Both the position numbers and the translations under genes were made by a program. This document shows positions 1 through 12,699 of a stretch of DNA of 64,000 nt, piece by piece. Positions within the stretch are counted from its first letter, which is position 1, and each line of letters begins with the position of its first letter. The notes under the pieces were generated by a model, which searched no databases, was not told the origin of the DNA, and worked only from the letters and a program-made list of their open reading frames with translations. The stretch covers positions 310,326,335 through 310,390,334 of the forward strand of contig NC_052146.1 of NCBI RefSeq assembly GCF_902713615.1. The letters are read 5' to 3'. Source of the stretch: Scyliorhinus canicula. Lineage: Eukaryota.

Positions 1-2134
1 GCAAGGACCCCACCAGATCAGGGTGGGGACCAGGCAGAAACCGACCACCACCACTGTGACACCGGCGAGCTCCGGCTCGGTTACAACCACGGGTCCAAGG
101 ATGACCCCCAGGCCCGAATGTGCTGAGCATATCACCAGCCTCACTGTGGGACATGGGTTAGTTCTGACCCTCACTGACAAATCAGTGACGATAGTACCAG
201 GATATGAACATGTAAAAGTTATGATTGATGTCGCCAGGCTACACTTACCAGCCTACTGCTGTGGTCAGGGATTATTTGTAGCGAGATTTTGGATGGGACT
301 GGATTGAAACACAATAGACATAGTGGAACTGACGGTTGGAGGATATGAGGCAACGCCCTTGACATTGCTGAGATAAGTGAAGAGATTGAGGTTATGAAAT
401 GACCAATGAGAGCTGCAGTTAAGGACATTTACCAAGATGCCGAAACGGCGACAGACCTTCTCCAGCAAGCCAATCAGCTTGTGTGGAAGGCACTTAAAGA
501 GTTGCAGCCATATCAGACAACAATTAATGGATTACGTGGTATAATAACTATGCCAAGCGAGGCATTGTGTGTGAATTGCCTGGGCATAATGTTGTTCTAA
601 CCAATTTATCTGAGTCTATTACCATTGGGCATCATGAACTGACTCCAGACAGTAATGAGTCCATCGTGAAATCAGATGACCTCGAGCAAACTGACGATAA
701 CCGACAGATTCGATACGTCCAGAAGGGACTTCCACACATTCCGCATTTTCAGGCCGACTGGGAAGGACTGAAGAAGGAGGGAACGCAGACTGACCACCTC
801 TGGAACACGGAGCAGTAGCTCATTAAGACTCATGTTTATATTGCTCGAATTTTTCATTACGCTCTGTTGCCTCAGACGCAGCATTAGGGAATGGCAGAAA
901 GACAGTCGCCCCTTCGATAAAAAGGAACTGTTACAGCTCTTACCTGTTGAACATTCCACACCCAGGCCTGAATCCAACAAATTCAGTCTGTCTATTTAAT
1001 TGTCTATTCTTGGGCTAGTCAAGGGCCAAAAGGGGGGATTGAAAGAGGGGGGTCCAGTGGTGAGACCTCTTCAAACTGAATAGCTAGGATGCCACTAGAG
1101 TAGTTTTGCAGCAACTAGTTTCTTAAGAATTGATATTAGTTGTAGAAAGTGAACTGGATAATCATTATTAACCATTAAACCTGTATTTTAGGACATAGCG
1201 GTGGCCACAAAGCATGATGGGATTTAGGGTAGCTAACTTGCCCATGTGTTTGAGATAGTAAGCAAGTTTGTATCAGTGGCCCCCGATATCCTCTGGAAGT
1301 GAAAAGGAAGTCACTTCTGATACCCTGTCATTCTGAAACATTCCATGGAGTAAAGAGGATGCCAGTTCTGCCATCCTGTCCCTCATGAACAATGGGTGTG
1401 AAGGATGCTAAGATGGGGAAAAACAATTTCGGATTATTAGGATTGGCGTGAAGCCTTTTGTAAACACAGCTAACAGGATGAAGTTCAATCACAGGTTGCA
1501 CACAATTTTATTGGATAAAGTTTAAACATGACAGCTTCAGGGATTGGATCGTGTCCAACTGGGGTGGGCTATTGATTTTTGGAAATTGTATAATTGATGT
1601 GTTTTTATCCGTGTTTAGTAGATAGATCTTGGCAGACATCCAGATCTCATCTCCGTGTAAACAAATTCAATCTTGGAAACCGCCTTATCCAGATTGTTGA
1701 TGTGTCTGTTGCTCTCTGTTCTGAGTTGAGCCACAGGGAAGGACCCCATGTGGAAGCTGACTCAATACACAGGTCTTGAAACGGCTCCTGAAGACATGTG
1801 TCCTGATTGGATCAAAACGTTGTAATTATATTCCAGATAGTTCCAAACAAATCACATATTTGACAAATCACATCAAAAGGAAGTGGAAAATCTGAGTCTA
1901 ACTGTTTGGATTTGGGCTATGGAATGGTTGGGATCCTGAGGAGTTGCAGCGGTGCAAGGCCTGGGTATGATCTTTTCAAGTATTTTTGCGATATATCTTG
2001 TATTTCTGACAGCCAAATGTATCTGTAAAAGGATGTCAGGAAACCCTGAAGTTGCAATCCCTTTCCAGGGCATGGCAGGCTCTTTTACTGATTCCTTAAT
2101 ATTGATGAATCTATTAATTGATTTATTTGAATAA
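1..2134 (+). pseudogene. Possible decayed envelope-like gene of an endogenous retrovirus or LTR element
   Basis: Collinear + strand ORF pieces broken by stops and frameshifts: Thr/Pro-rich segment, basic VKR site, heptad-like helix (DAETATDLLQQANQLVWKALKELQ), Cys motifs, then a TM-like segment with short tail (MIFSSIFAIYLVFLTAKCICKR). The layout is suggestive only. Confidence 0.3.
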
Positions 2135-3099
2135 GCTTAAATAATAAAAAAAGCGGGGGACGGATAGATCACAGATTTATTGATCTGCTAATTGCTTCAT
2201 TGATTTATTTGGGACCTTTAAGAATTGATGCAGTATAATTTTTAATTTTGTACTCAGATGGAAAATGGAATGTCCACAAAGCCAAAGTCATAGTTTCAGA
2301 GAGAAATATGAGAACTGCTGGTCAAAGCTAATAATGTTTCAAAATATACCTTCATAAGGCTTTCGTAATAAATAGGTCTTTGTTCCACAATACTTTAAGT
2401 AATAAAAATGTATCAAAAGCAAGGTTAGTTCAAGCACTTTATCTGGGGCCAAATAGCACACATGGCAATGCATGTAGACATTTAATTAAGTTTATGGATG
2501 GATTTTAAGTAATGACCAATGCCTGGATAACAAATCATGTTCTAAGTGACAGACGGTTGTTTGAATAAATCAGAAAGCCTCAGCTGAGAATTAGAACAAA
2601 TGAAACAAAGGGGCTAAACACAGATAAGGATGGCTGAGTAGAGAGAAGAATTTTAGCCTTTGGAGACCCTTGAAGTATTCGTGTAAATTGCTTGTAAAAA
2701 GGTCTTTTGTTGAAATGACATTTAATTTGTAAATCTGGAGTCACTATTATTTTGAAGTTTTTTGTTTTCACTCTTCGGTGTCTCAAGGACATTTCAATGT
2801 AAACACAGAAAGGGTTTTTGATTTAATTTTGTGCAAATGTACCAAGTGAATTCTTAAAGAAATCACGAATGCTTTAAACACCTCTTCGACCTGACTGAGT
2901 GCCTTATCTATGAGCGAGAGATGAGGGGACTCTTTACTTCATAAAATGTAGGCTGAGATTTTATGCCCCCATTTGCTGTGGGCGTAAATGGCGACGGGGC
3001 AACAACATCTCATCAGAGCCAAAAAACGGGATTTGCGCCGACGAGCAATCTTCGCTGCTGCCTGGCCCTGGCAGGAACCCCATTTAAATACATTTAAAC

Positions 3100-4190
3100 G
3101 TTGTTAGTCCGCTTCCCCGCTGTGTTGTCCACCTCCACATTCGGATACACGACAAGACCAGTGACTCCCAGAACCACCTTGAATACAGCTCCTCCCACCC
3201 CGCTCCCTGTAAGGATTCCATCCCATTTTCCCAGTTTCTTCACCTCCGCTCCATCTGTTCTGATGATGCCACCTTCAAAAACAGCGCTTCTGACATCTCT
3301 GCCTTTTTCCTCAATGAAGTTTCCCCTGTGCTCGACACGGCTCTCAACTGTGTCTGACCTATTCCCCACACCTCTGCACTCACCCCTTCCCCTCCCTCCC
3401 AGAACTATGACAGAGTCTTGCTTGTCCTCATTTTACACCCACCAGCCTCAACATTGAGAGGATCACCCTCCGCCATTTCCACCATCTCCAGCAGGATGGC
3501 AGCATGAGACACATCTTCCCCCAGCACCCCCATCAGCATTCCGCAGGGACCACTCCCTCTGTGACACCCTGCTCCCTTCCCCCAGCCATCAGCATTCCGC
3601 AGGGACCACTCCCTCTGTGACACCCTGCTCCCTTCCTCCAGCCATCAGCATTCCGCAGGGACCACTCCCTCTGTGACATCCTGCTCCCTTCCTCCAGCAC
3701 CCCCATCAGCATTCCGCAGGGACCACTCCCTCTGTGACACCCTGCTCCCTTCCTCCAGCACCCCCAAATCCTCATCCCCTTCCCACACCACCTTCCCTTG
3801 TAATCACAGAAGGTGTAACACCTGCCCCTTTACCCCCTCCCTGTCCAAGGCCTCAAACACTCCTCTCAGGCCCAGCAGTCTTTCACTTCACCCCCTTCAA
3901 TTTGGTTTGTTGTATTTGCTGCTCCCAATGTGGTCTCCTCTACACTGGATAGACTAAATGCAGACTGGGGGTGACCGCTTTGCGGAACACGTTCACTCAG
4001 TCGGCAAGAATGACCCAACCTTCCTGTCTCTGTCATTTCAGCTCAGCATCTTGCTCTCATGTCCACATGTCCGCCATTGGCCTGTTGCAATGTTCCAGTG
4101 AAGCCCAACACAAACTGGAGAAACAGAACCTCACCTTCCAATTGGGCAGGTTACAGCTTTCTGGGCTTAACATTGAGTTCAACAACGTTG
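3100..4190 (+). mobile_element. Penelope-like retroelement 3' fragment (GIY-YIG endonuclease), decayed
   Basis: Frameshifted peptides CNHRRCNTCPF, NLVCCICCSQCGLLYTG, HFSSASCSH and GLNIEFNN are typical of vertebrate Penelope GIY-YIG C-termini. Confidence 0.75.
3520..3770 (+). repeat. ~61-bp tandem repeat (about 4 copies) expanded inside the Penelope remnant
   Basis: Repeated catcagcattccgcagggaccactccctctgtgacaccctgctcccttcc units. Confidence 0.85.
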
Positions 4191-5860
4191 TCTCTCCCAA
4201 TGTAAACCCCCCCTCACCACCACCACCCCCCCCCCCCCCCCCCCCAATCCCCCACAGGGCCATCTGTTACTTGTTCTTCAGTTTTGCTTTCACTGAGCAC
4301 TGATCTTTGTCCGGTTATTAACACATTCTGCTATCTTATCGTTATTCCACTATCAGCTCCTTTTAGTCCTGAATGCTGAAACTAACAGTCTCATTGTCTT
4401 GTGTCCATCACATCTTTGTCTCTGTGGGGTATTTGAAGCCTGCACGAGCCATGTGTGTGGGATCAGCGACACAAACTGAAAATCCCGCGGGAATCGGGAA
4501 ATGCGATTCCCATGGAGAGATCGCGATTCCCGATTCTCCAAGCCCCTCGCCAGGGACCTGAACCACATTTGAATTCATTTCCACCCAATTAAATCTCATT
4601 AGCGGCCCCCACCACGTGATTCCCCCCTCACTCAATATTCAGACCTTGCTGACGTCAGGTCAATGGACTTCCCCTCAGGTTTGGGCAGATGCAGTAGAGG
4701 GGATCCTTCTGGCAGCATGGGGGGTGGGGGCGGTTAGAGGAACACGGCCTTGCCCCCCTGGTAGGGTGCAGTACCACACGCAGACCCCAGTGGGAGCCCC
4801 ATGAGGAGGAGAATTTGGTGCCAGTGATTTTCAATGCATGTTTCAACCATTTACATTTTTGCAGCAAGTGTGTCCCTGGCTGTGTGAACTCTTCATGTTA
4901 AACCAACTTAATGTGGGCAACTTGCACTGAATAAATCATAAACGTCACTGATCAAAATCCACCCAGAAGGGGAGCAGCCATTGGTTCATTGTCACTGCTT
5001 CCTCTTCAACTTCATTCCCTCCTGTGAAAAGGATATTAAAGAAGCTTCTGTCGACTGGGACACTTTGTGTCCCATTCTTCTATGTTGTATTTTTAATGTA
5101 ACAATGGGTTTGAGTGACAGTCTGGACATTAAATGGGTGTGTTTGGATAGATTGAATTAATCTATATATGTAACTGATGCATAAATGATGGTTCAGGAGA
5201 TTGAGAGCGTGTACTGGTCATTTTAAAATTGTTGTTTAGGATGTTTAATATTGGACTGAATCACCTAATCGGTCAGCTCAATGTCGCGGTCTCAATTTAG
5301 CAACACATCTGAATGATGACACAATGCTTTTCTCTCTCTCATTTCCCAGAATGGCAGCTTTAATTGAGAGCTCAACTTCCTGAAAAGGCAGCTAAACCCA
5401 CGGCTTTCTGACTGAGGGATACAAGTGCCCCAAACTGAGCCAGGCTGACACATTAGCTTCACTGCTGCTGTAGAATGTCAGCCTGTACTCTCACCAGATC
5501 TGTTTCACAGACAGAATATAGTGAGGAACATCCTCATCATCTCCCAACCTGCCGCTCAAAGGGAAAGGCTCTCTGCCGGGAATGTGATTGTTTAATCTTC
5601 CAGAGTTCAGTCCTGCCTTCTCACAACAAGAAGTGCAAACTGGGCCAGAAAGGGGAAGCACCATTTTCTGCATCAAACCTCACTGTCCTTGTGATATTGT
5701 GATGATCCAAGGGTGATTGCAGAGTGTGGACCCTCCACAGTGTCCTGTCGAGATGGGGGTGGGAAAAATATATCTTCATTCACTGACAGAGGAACACACA
5801 ATAAACACAGGCAGTCTCCAGAATTTGATCAGAGCCGTGTATGTCGTGCTGTTCCATAAG

Positions 5861-6210
5861 GGGCAGCACGGTAGCATGGTGGTTAGCATAAATGCTTCAC
5901 AGCTCCAGGGTCACAGGTTCGATTCCCGGCTGGGTCACTGTCTGTGCGGAGTCTGCACGTCCTCCCCGTGTGTGCGTGGGTTTCCTCCGGGTGTTCCGGT
6001 TTCCTCCCACAGTCCAAAGATGTGCGGGTTAGGTGGATTGGTCATGCTAAATTGCCCGTAGTGTCCTAAAATGTAAGGTTAAGGGGGGGTTGTTGGGTTA
6101 CGGGTATAGGGTGGATACGTGGGTTTAAGTAGGGTGATCATTGCTCGGCACAACATCGAGGGCCGAAGGGCCTGTTCTGTGCTGTACTGTTCTATTCTAT
6201 TCTATTCTAA
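5861..6210 (+). mobile_element. HE1-type tRNA-derived V-SINE
   Basis: gggcagcacggtagc head, GGTTCGATTCC B-box, core gggtttcctccgggtg..ccggtttcctcccacagtccaaagatgtg, CR1-like 3' tail gggccgaagggcctgttctgtgctgta. Confidence 0.88.
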
Positions 6211-6226
6211 GACTATAACACCATAA

Positions 6227-6399
6227 GGGGCTGGTTTAGCTCACAAGGCTAAATCGCTGGCTTATAAAGCAGGCCAGCAGCACGGTTCGATTCCCGTACC
6301 AGCCTCCCCGGATCGGCGCCGGAATGTGGCGACTAGGGGCTTTTCACAGTAACTTCATTGAAGCCTACTCGTGACAATAAGCGATTTTCATTTCATTTC
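6227..6399 (+). mobile_element. Short tRNA-derived SINE (ggggctggtttagc family)
   Basis: A-box and B-box (ggttcgattccc) with a (atttc)n tail. Further copies at about 14734, 15002 (-), 22063 (-), 22610 (-, partial) and 45711. Confidence 0.8.
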
Positions 6400-7078
6400 A
6401 TAAGGTAAAAGAACAGAATTAGGCCACTCAGCCTATCGGGTCTGCAATTACTTTACCAAACTTATTGTGGAAGACCTTGTGGACATTTGTAGCTTTCCGT
6501 CCCATCATCTACGTTGTTGATACATTTGGTGAATAGTTGAGTCCCCAACACAGATTATTGTGGGACACATTCATCACATTCTGTCAAATAGAGTACCCAA
6601 TCATTCCGACTTTCCTTCTCCTCCTAATTTCCCAACATCCACTGACATTCCACTGTGTTAGCCACCTCTTCAAAAGTTCAATAAGTTTTGTCAGACATGA
6701 CCAACCCTTTACACATCCACAATGAATCTCTTCTTCTTTTCCCTTGTGGGAGAGTCTCGGATTTTAACACAGAAATCAGGAGAAATTTCTCCTCCCAGAG
6801 GGGAGTGAATCTGTGGAATTCTTTGCAGCAGAGATCGGCAGAGGATGGGTCATTCAGTATGTTCTGAGATAGACAGAATTTTAATCAGTCAGGGAATCGA
6901 GGGTTGTGGGGATAAGGGGGAAAGGAGAATTGAGGATTATCACATCAGATCAGTCATGATCTCATTGAATGGCAGAGCAGACTCGATGGGCTGAATGGCC
7001 TACTTTTACTCCTATGTTTTATGGTCTTATGATCTCTCTGATCAGTTGAAAATTGAACGGCACTTGGTGAGAAATAGA

Positions 7079-7815
7079 GGGCGCGATTCTCCCAGACAGG
7101 GAGAAATCGTAAGGCTGGCGTCAAATCCGGGCGGGTTTGACGCCAGCCCCCCCGCTCCCCGACCGGGAACCGATTCTGGTCCCTGGTCGGGGCTAGCATG
7201 CCGCAGCCGTGAACTCCGGCATCGCGGGCTTAATGAATTTCGTTAAGCCCGCTTGCCAGAGTTTGCACCGGCTGACGCGTCACATGACGTCAGCCGCGCA
7301 TGCGCGGATTGGAAGACTCCAACCCGCGCATGCACGGATGACGTCATCGCGCATTTGCGCGAAACCCGCGCATGCGCGGGCCGGGATGCCCCTCAGCCGC
7401 CCCGCGAAGTGATACAGCGGGGCGGCGGAAGGACAAAGAGTGCGCGGGTATCGGACCCGCTGCCCGCGATTGGTGCCCACCGATCGCGGGCCCATGGCAC
7501 CCTTGGCACGGCCGTGGTACTGCCATGCCAATCGGGGCCGTGGTTTTCAAAATCGGCACTTTACGGCCGTTTTTACGAACGGCCAGACCAGGTGTGTTTG
7601 CCGTTCGTAAAAACAGCCGTAAAGGGCTTGGACTTCGGCCCATCGGCCAGCTGAGAATCGCTGCTCGCCGTAAAAAAACGGCGGCAGCGATTCGTATCGG
7701 GAGTCGGGCATGGGGGGGGGGGGGAGAATAGCGGGAGGGCGTCGGACTAGCGTGGCCGTAAAAATTTACGATCGCGCTATTCTCCGCACCGTCGTGAGTG
7801 CGGAGAATTGCGCCC
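7079..7815. mobile_element. GC/CpG-rich non-autonomous DNA transposon (MITE, probably PIF/Harbinger-like)
   Basis: Terminal inverted repeats gggcgcgattctcc / ggagaattgcgccc, flanked on both sides by AGA (candidate 3-bp TSD). No real ORF. Confidence 0.7.
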
Positions 7816-8089
7816 AGAATATCGGGACTGAGTTTCGGGTGAGTTCAGGTTGATGAAGGGTGGAAGATGTGAGGCTGGCCTGGAGAGATTTAGGGTCGTT
7901 ATATTTGAAAGTGAGCAATGACGAGGGTTTCAGATGGATGGGGGTTGTTGGGGGATTTGGGGGAGGCGGCCACAGTATGTCCTCAGTTTACAACATCACA
8001 GTTTCCTTTGCACCACAATTGGGACACTATGTAAATAAAAAGAGGATTTCAGTCAAACCTATTTGTCCTTGTATTTGTCTTCAGGAGGT

Positions 8090-8400
8090 GGTGGGGTAGT
8101 GGTATTGTCACTGGGCTATTAAACAGATACCCAGAGTAATACTGTGGAGACACAGGTTCAAATCCCACCAGGGCAGATGGAGAAATTTAAATTCAAGGAA
8201 ATAAATCTGTAATTAAAAATTGTCCGACATCCATGAAACCATTGTCGATTATCATAAAAAACCATCTGGTTCACTAATTTCCTTTAACGAAGGAAATCTG
8301 CCGTCCTTACCTGGTCTGGCCTACATGTGAATCCAGACCCACAGCAATGTGGTTGATTCTTTGCTGCCCCCTCAAGGGCAATTAATCAATAAACGCTGGC
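8090..8400 (+). mobile_element. Older tRNA-derived SINE (different family from HE1)
   Basis: Head ggtagtggtattgtcactg..ggttcaaatcccacc and core gaaggaaatctgccgtccttacctggtctggcctacatgtg. A reverse-strand relative lies at about 27555-27880. Confidence 0.65.
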
Positions 8401-8438
8401 CTGGCCTGCGTGCCCACATCCCGTGAAATAGAAAACCT

Positions 8439-9115
8439 GGGGTGAAATTCTCCAAACCCCTGCAGGATCGGAGAATCGCCCGGGACCGGCAAAAATCCCG
8501 CCCCTGCCGTGGCCGGAATTCTCCGCCACCCAGGAATCGGTGGGAGCGGGTATCACGCCCCGCCGATCGACATGCCCTCCGTGCCGATCGGCGAGACCCC
8601 TGCGGCGATCTCCAGCCTGCGATGAACCGAAGTCCCGCTGCAGAGAGGCCAATCCCGCCACCATGGATTCAACCATCTCTGGTGGCGGCGGGATTGGCGG
8701 CGTGAGCGGGCCCCAGGGTCCTGGGGGGGTGCGGGGCGATCGGACTGATTGGCGGGCGGGCCTGCGCCGTGGGGGCACTCTTTTTCTTCTGCCACGGACT
8801 CCACCATGGTGGAGGTGGAAGAGAACCCCGCTACCGCGCATGTGCCGCTGGTGACATCAGCGGCCGCTGACGCACCGGCGCAAGCGCGAACTGGCGAAGG
8901 CCTTTCGGCCAGCCCCGATGCCGGGCGGCGGGCGTCAAAGGCCATTGGCGCCGGTTTTGCCGCCAGTCAGCGTGGCACCAACCACTCCGGCGCAGGCCTA
9001 GACCCTAAAGCTGCGGAGAAATCCACACCTTTGGGGAGGCCCGACGCCGGAGTGGTTGGCACAACTCCGCTACGCCGGACCCCCCACCCCGCCAGGTAGG
9101 GGAGAATCCCGGCCC
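8439..9115. mobile_element. GC/CpG-rich MITE of the same TIR type
   Basis: Ends gggtgaaattctcc / ggagaatcccggccc; CpG-rich interior with no credible ORF. Confidence 0.62.
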
Positions 9116-9294
9116 TGTTGTCAGACAGATTGCAATGATTGTATATTTTTTAAATGACTACCTTAAATGTTTCAACGCAGAGTTCAGTGGAGAAGTGACA
9201 AGGACAGCAGCATTTTGCACCTGGCTGTTTGACAGTCATATGTGCAGAGGTCACAACTCCACAAACAAAAGCGAGCATTGAGATATGTTCAATC

Positions 9295-10520
9295 CGAGGA
9301 GGTCCCAAAGATGATTGATGCAGGTAGGGCAGTGGATGGTATCTATATGGACTTCAGTAAGGCCTTTGACAAGGTCCCTCATGGCAGACTGGTACAAAAG
9401 GTGAAGTCACACGGGATCAGAGGTGAGCTGACAAGATTGATACAGAACTGGTTAGGTCACAGAAGGCAGAGAGTAGCAATGGAAGGTGATTTACTAATTG
9501 GAGGGCTGTGATTAGTGGTGTTCCTCAGGGATCTGTGCTGGGACCTTTGCTGGTCGGAGCATATATAAATGATTTGGAGGAAAATATAACTGGTCTGATT
9601 AGTAAGTTTGCGGACGACACAAAGGTTGGTGGAATTGAGGATAGCGATGAGGACTGTCAGAGGATACAACAGGATTTAGATTGTTTGGAGACTTGGGCGG
9701 AGAGATGGCAGATGGAGTTTAATCTGGACAAATATGAGGTAATGCATTTTGGGAGGTCTAATGCAGGTTGGGAATATACAATGAATGGTAAACTCTCAAG
9801 AGTATTGACAATCAGAGAGATCTAGGTGTACAGGTCCACAGGTCACTGAAAGGGGCAACACAGTTGGCGAAGGTAGTCAAGAAGGCATACGGCATGCTTG
9901 CCTTCATTGGCCGGGGCATTGAGTATAAAAATTGGCAAGTGATGTTGCAGCTGTGCAGAACCTTAGTTAGGCCACACTTGGAGTATAGTGTTCAATTCTG
10001 GTCGCCACACTACCAGACGGATGTGGCTGCTTTAGAGAGGGTGCAGAAGAGATTTACCAGGATGTTGCCTGGTATGGAGGGCATTAGCTATGAGGAGAGG
10101 TTGAATAAACTCGGTTTGTTCTCACTGGAACGACGGAGGTTGAGCGGCGACCTGATAGAGGTCTACAAAATTATGAGGGGCATAGACAGAGTGGATAGTC
10201 AGAGACTGTTTCCCAGGGTAGAGGGGTCAATTACTAGGGGGCATAGGTTTAAGGTGCGAGGGGCAAGGTTTAGAGGAGATGTACGAGGCAAGTTTTTTAT
10301 ACAAAGGGTAGGGGATGCCTGGAACTCGCTGCCGGAGGAGGTGGTGGAAGCAGGGACGATATTGATGTTTAAGGGGCATCTTGACAAATACATGAATCGG
10401 TTGGGAATAGAGGGTCACAGACCGCGGAAGAGCAGAAGATTTTAAATTAGACGGGCAGCATGGCCGGCACAGGCTTGGAGGGCCGAAGGGCCTGTTCCTG
10501 TGCTGTACTTTGCTTTGTTC
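9295..10520 (+). mobile_element. CR1 LINE 3' fragment (RT C-terminus and 3' tail)
   Basis: Peptides [46 protein letters not shown] and tail gggccgaagggcctgttcctgtgctgtac. Confidence 0.93.
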
Positions 10521-10861
10521 TTTATTCTTTGTTCAAAAATAAACTCCTGTGGTATTGTTTAAAGTTCAACTTCCCCTTTCCAGCTTCTTTAATAACATTT
10601 CCATCAAGAAGGGTTTGTTTCCTTTACATATCTGGCCAGCACTGAAAACTGAGTCAGCAACAAACTCTGATGTATTTCTTATCAAAGCTGCTATTCTGGA
10701 AGGAAGGTACCTGAATAAAGAGCCAAAAAAGAACAGTACATTTCTGTAGCTCCTTTCACATCAGCAGGAATTGTCCCAGGACATCACAGCCGCTGTCTGC
10801 CTTGTAAAGTAGGAAATTCAGCAGCTAATTTTCACACAACGGTTTCACAATGGCCGGTTTT

Positions 10862-11085
10862 AGATTTTCATAGAATTGCTACAGTGCCCAAGAAGACCAT
10901 TCGGCCCATCGGGTCTACACCTAGCCTCTGACTGATTACCCTATCTAGGCCCATTCCCCGCACTATCAGCGTAACCCCACCAAACCAGCACATCTTGGAC
11001 TGGGGGAGGAATCCGGAGCACCCGGAGGAAACCCACGCAGACACGGGGAGAACGTGCAGACTCCGCACAGATAGTGACCCAATGA
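10862..11085 (-). mobile_element. HE1-type SINE, 5'-truncated
   Basis: Reverse complement of the HE1 core (ccggagcacccggaggaaacccacgcagacacggggagaac). Confidence 0.8.
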
Positions 11086-11089
11086 GTTG

Positions 11090-12115
11090 AGTGAAGAGTG
11101 AGGGAGTCAGGGAAGAGTGAGGAAGGTGAGGGAAGAATGAGGGAGATGAGGATATGGGAAGAGTGAGGGAGACAGGGAAGAGTGAGGGAGCCTCGAGTAG
11201 AGTGTCATTGGGTTAAGAGTGAGGAGGGATGAGGGAGATTGAGGAAGACTCGGGGAGAGTGAGGGTGATGGGGTAGAGTGAGCGTGATGGGGTAGGGTGA
11301 GGAGGGATGAGGGAGATGGAGGGAGACTCGGAGGAGAGTGAGGGTGATTGGGTAGAGTGAGGAGGGATGAGGGAGATTGAGGGAGACTCTGGATAGAGTG
11401 AGGTTAATGGGGTAGAGTGAGGAGGGATGAGGGAGATTGAGGGGGACTCGGGGTGGAGTGAGGGTGATAGGGTAGAGTGGGGGTGATGGGGTAGAGTGAA
11501 GAGGGATTAGGTAGAGTGAGGGTGATGGGATAGAGTGAGGGTGATGGGATAGAGTGAGGGTGATGGGAGAGAGTGAGGGTAATGGGGTAGAGAGAGGGTG
11601 ATGGGTTAGAGTGAGGGTGATGGGTTAGAGTGAGGGTGATGGGGTAGAGTGAGGGTGATGGGGTAGAGTGAGGGTGATGGGGTAGAGTGAGGGTGATGGG
11701 GTAGAGTGAGGAGGGATGAGGGAGATTGAGGGAGACTCGGCAGAGTGAGGGTGATGGGGTAGAGTGAGGGTGATGGGGTAGAGTGAGGGTGATGGGGTAG
11801 AGTGAGGAGGGATGAGGGAGATTGAGGGAGACTCGGGGTAGAGTGAGGGTGATGGGGTACAGTGAGGAGGGATGAGGGAGATTGAGGGAGACTCGGCGTA
11901 GAGTGAGGGTGATGGGGTAGAGTGAGGGTGATGGGGTAGAGTGAGGAGAGATGAGGGAGATTGAGGGAGACTCGGGGTAGAGTGAGGGTGATGGGGTAGA
12001 GTGAGGGTGATGGGGTAGAGTGAGGGTGATGGGGTAGAGTGAGGAGGGATGAGGGAGATTGAGGGAGACTCGGGGTAGAGTGAGGGTGATGGGGTAGAGT
12101 GATGGAGACGGGGTG
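11090..12115 (+). repeat. Purine/G-rich minisatellite (19-bp core ggggtagagtgagggtgat with longer variant units)
   Basis: Directly visible tandem units. The Pro/Ser/His-rich 264-aa minus-strand ORF is its translation. Confidence 0.92.
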
Positions 12116-12647
12116 AAGAGCTTGTTTACACTTTGATTGGAGGGTACAAGGCTGCCACCGTCAGTGAGAGAGATCAACACTCGCTCCGCGCTGTCCATCT
12201 TTATCTGGCAGTTCTGTCATGGCTCATGTGCTTTCCATGTCTGTTTAGTTTGGGGATATTTTTTAAGCCAGTACATTTTAATAACTCACTTAATTAACTG
12301 CTTTGCAATCACTGCTGTATTGATCCCATTTTGGGTGAATTGATTCTGCAGCCTGAAGTTTACACAGGGCCTGTGGACCTGGAATTGAGTGGGAGTCACT
12401 GGATTCAATAAGAGAGACATTGAAGGGTGATTGGTGCCAATCTGTCTGCCCTCTTGTTCCTGATTTGTGAATTGTATATCAGAGGGCAGGCCCTCTTTCT
12501 CTTGTTATTCCTTCCTCTTTCTGTGACTGGTATTCGAGTTACGTGAACCGTAGTGAGATTCAGTTACATCTGAAACTTCAGCAATATCAGATTGTACTCG
12601 GTGTGAAGGATCAGGAATTTCACCTTTGGAAAATCAGCTTATTTGAA

Positions 12648-12699
12648 ATGTTGGACTGGATTCTCTCAGCGTTGACTCTGGCTCTCGGTGTCACAATCA
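12648..12699 (+). CDS. Exon 1 (coding part): signal peptide [17 protein letters not shown](S)
   Basis: ATG at 12648, hydrophobic 17-codon peptide, strong donor A|GTAAGT at 12700 in phase 1. Joining to the next exon gives [29 protein letters not shown], a typical split Ig-superfamily leader. Confidence 0.82.

Noticed and set aside
7209-9099. Overlapping Arg/Pro/Gly-rich ORFs on both strands
   Set aside because: Expected by chance in GC-rich MITEs; no domain motifs.
11404-12198. 264-aa Pro/Ser/His-rich minus-strand ORF
   Set aside because: Translation of the purine-rich minisatellite.
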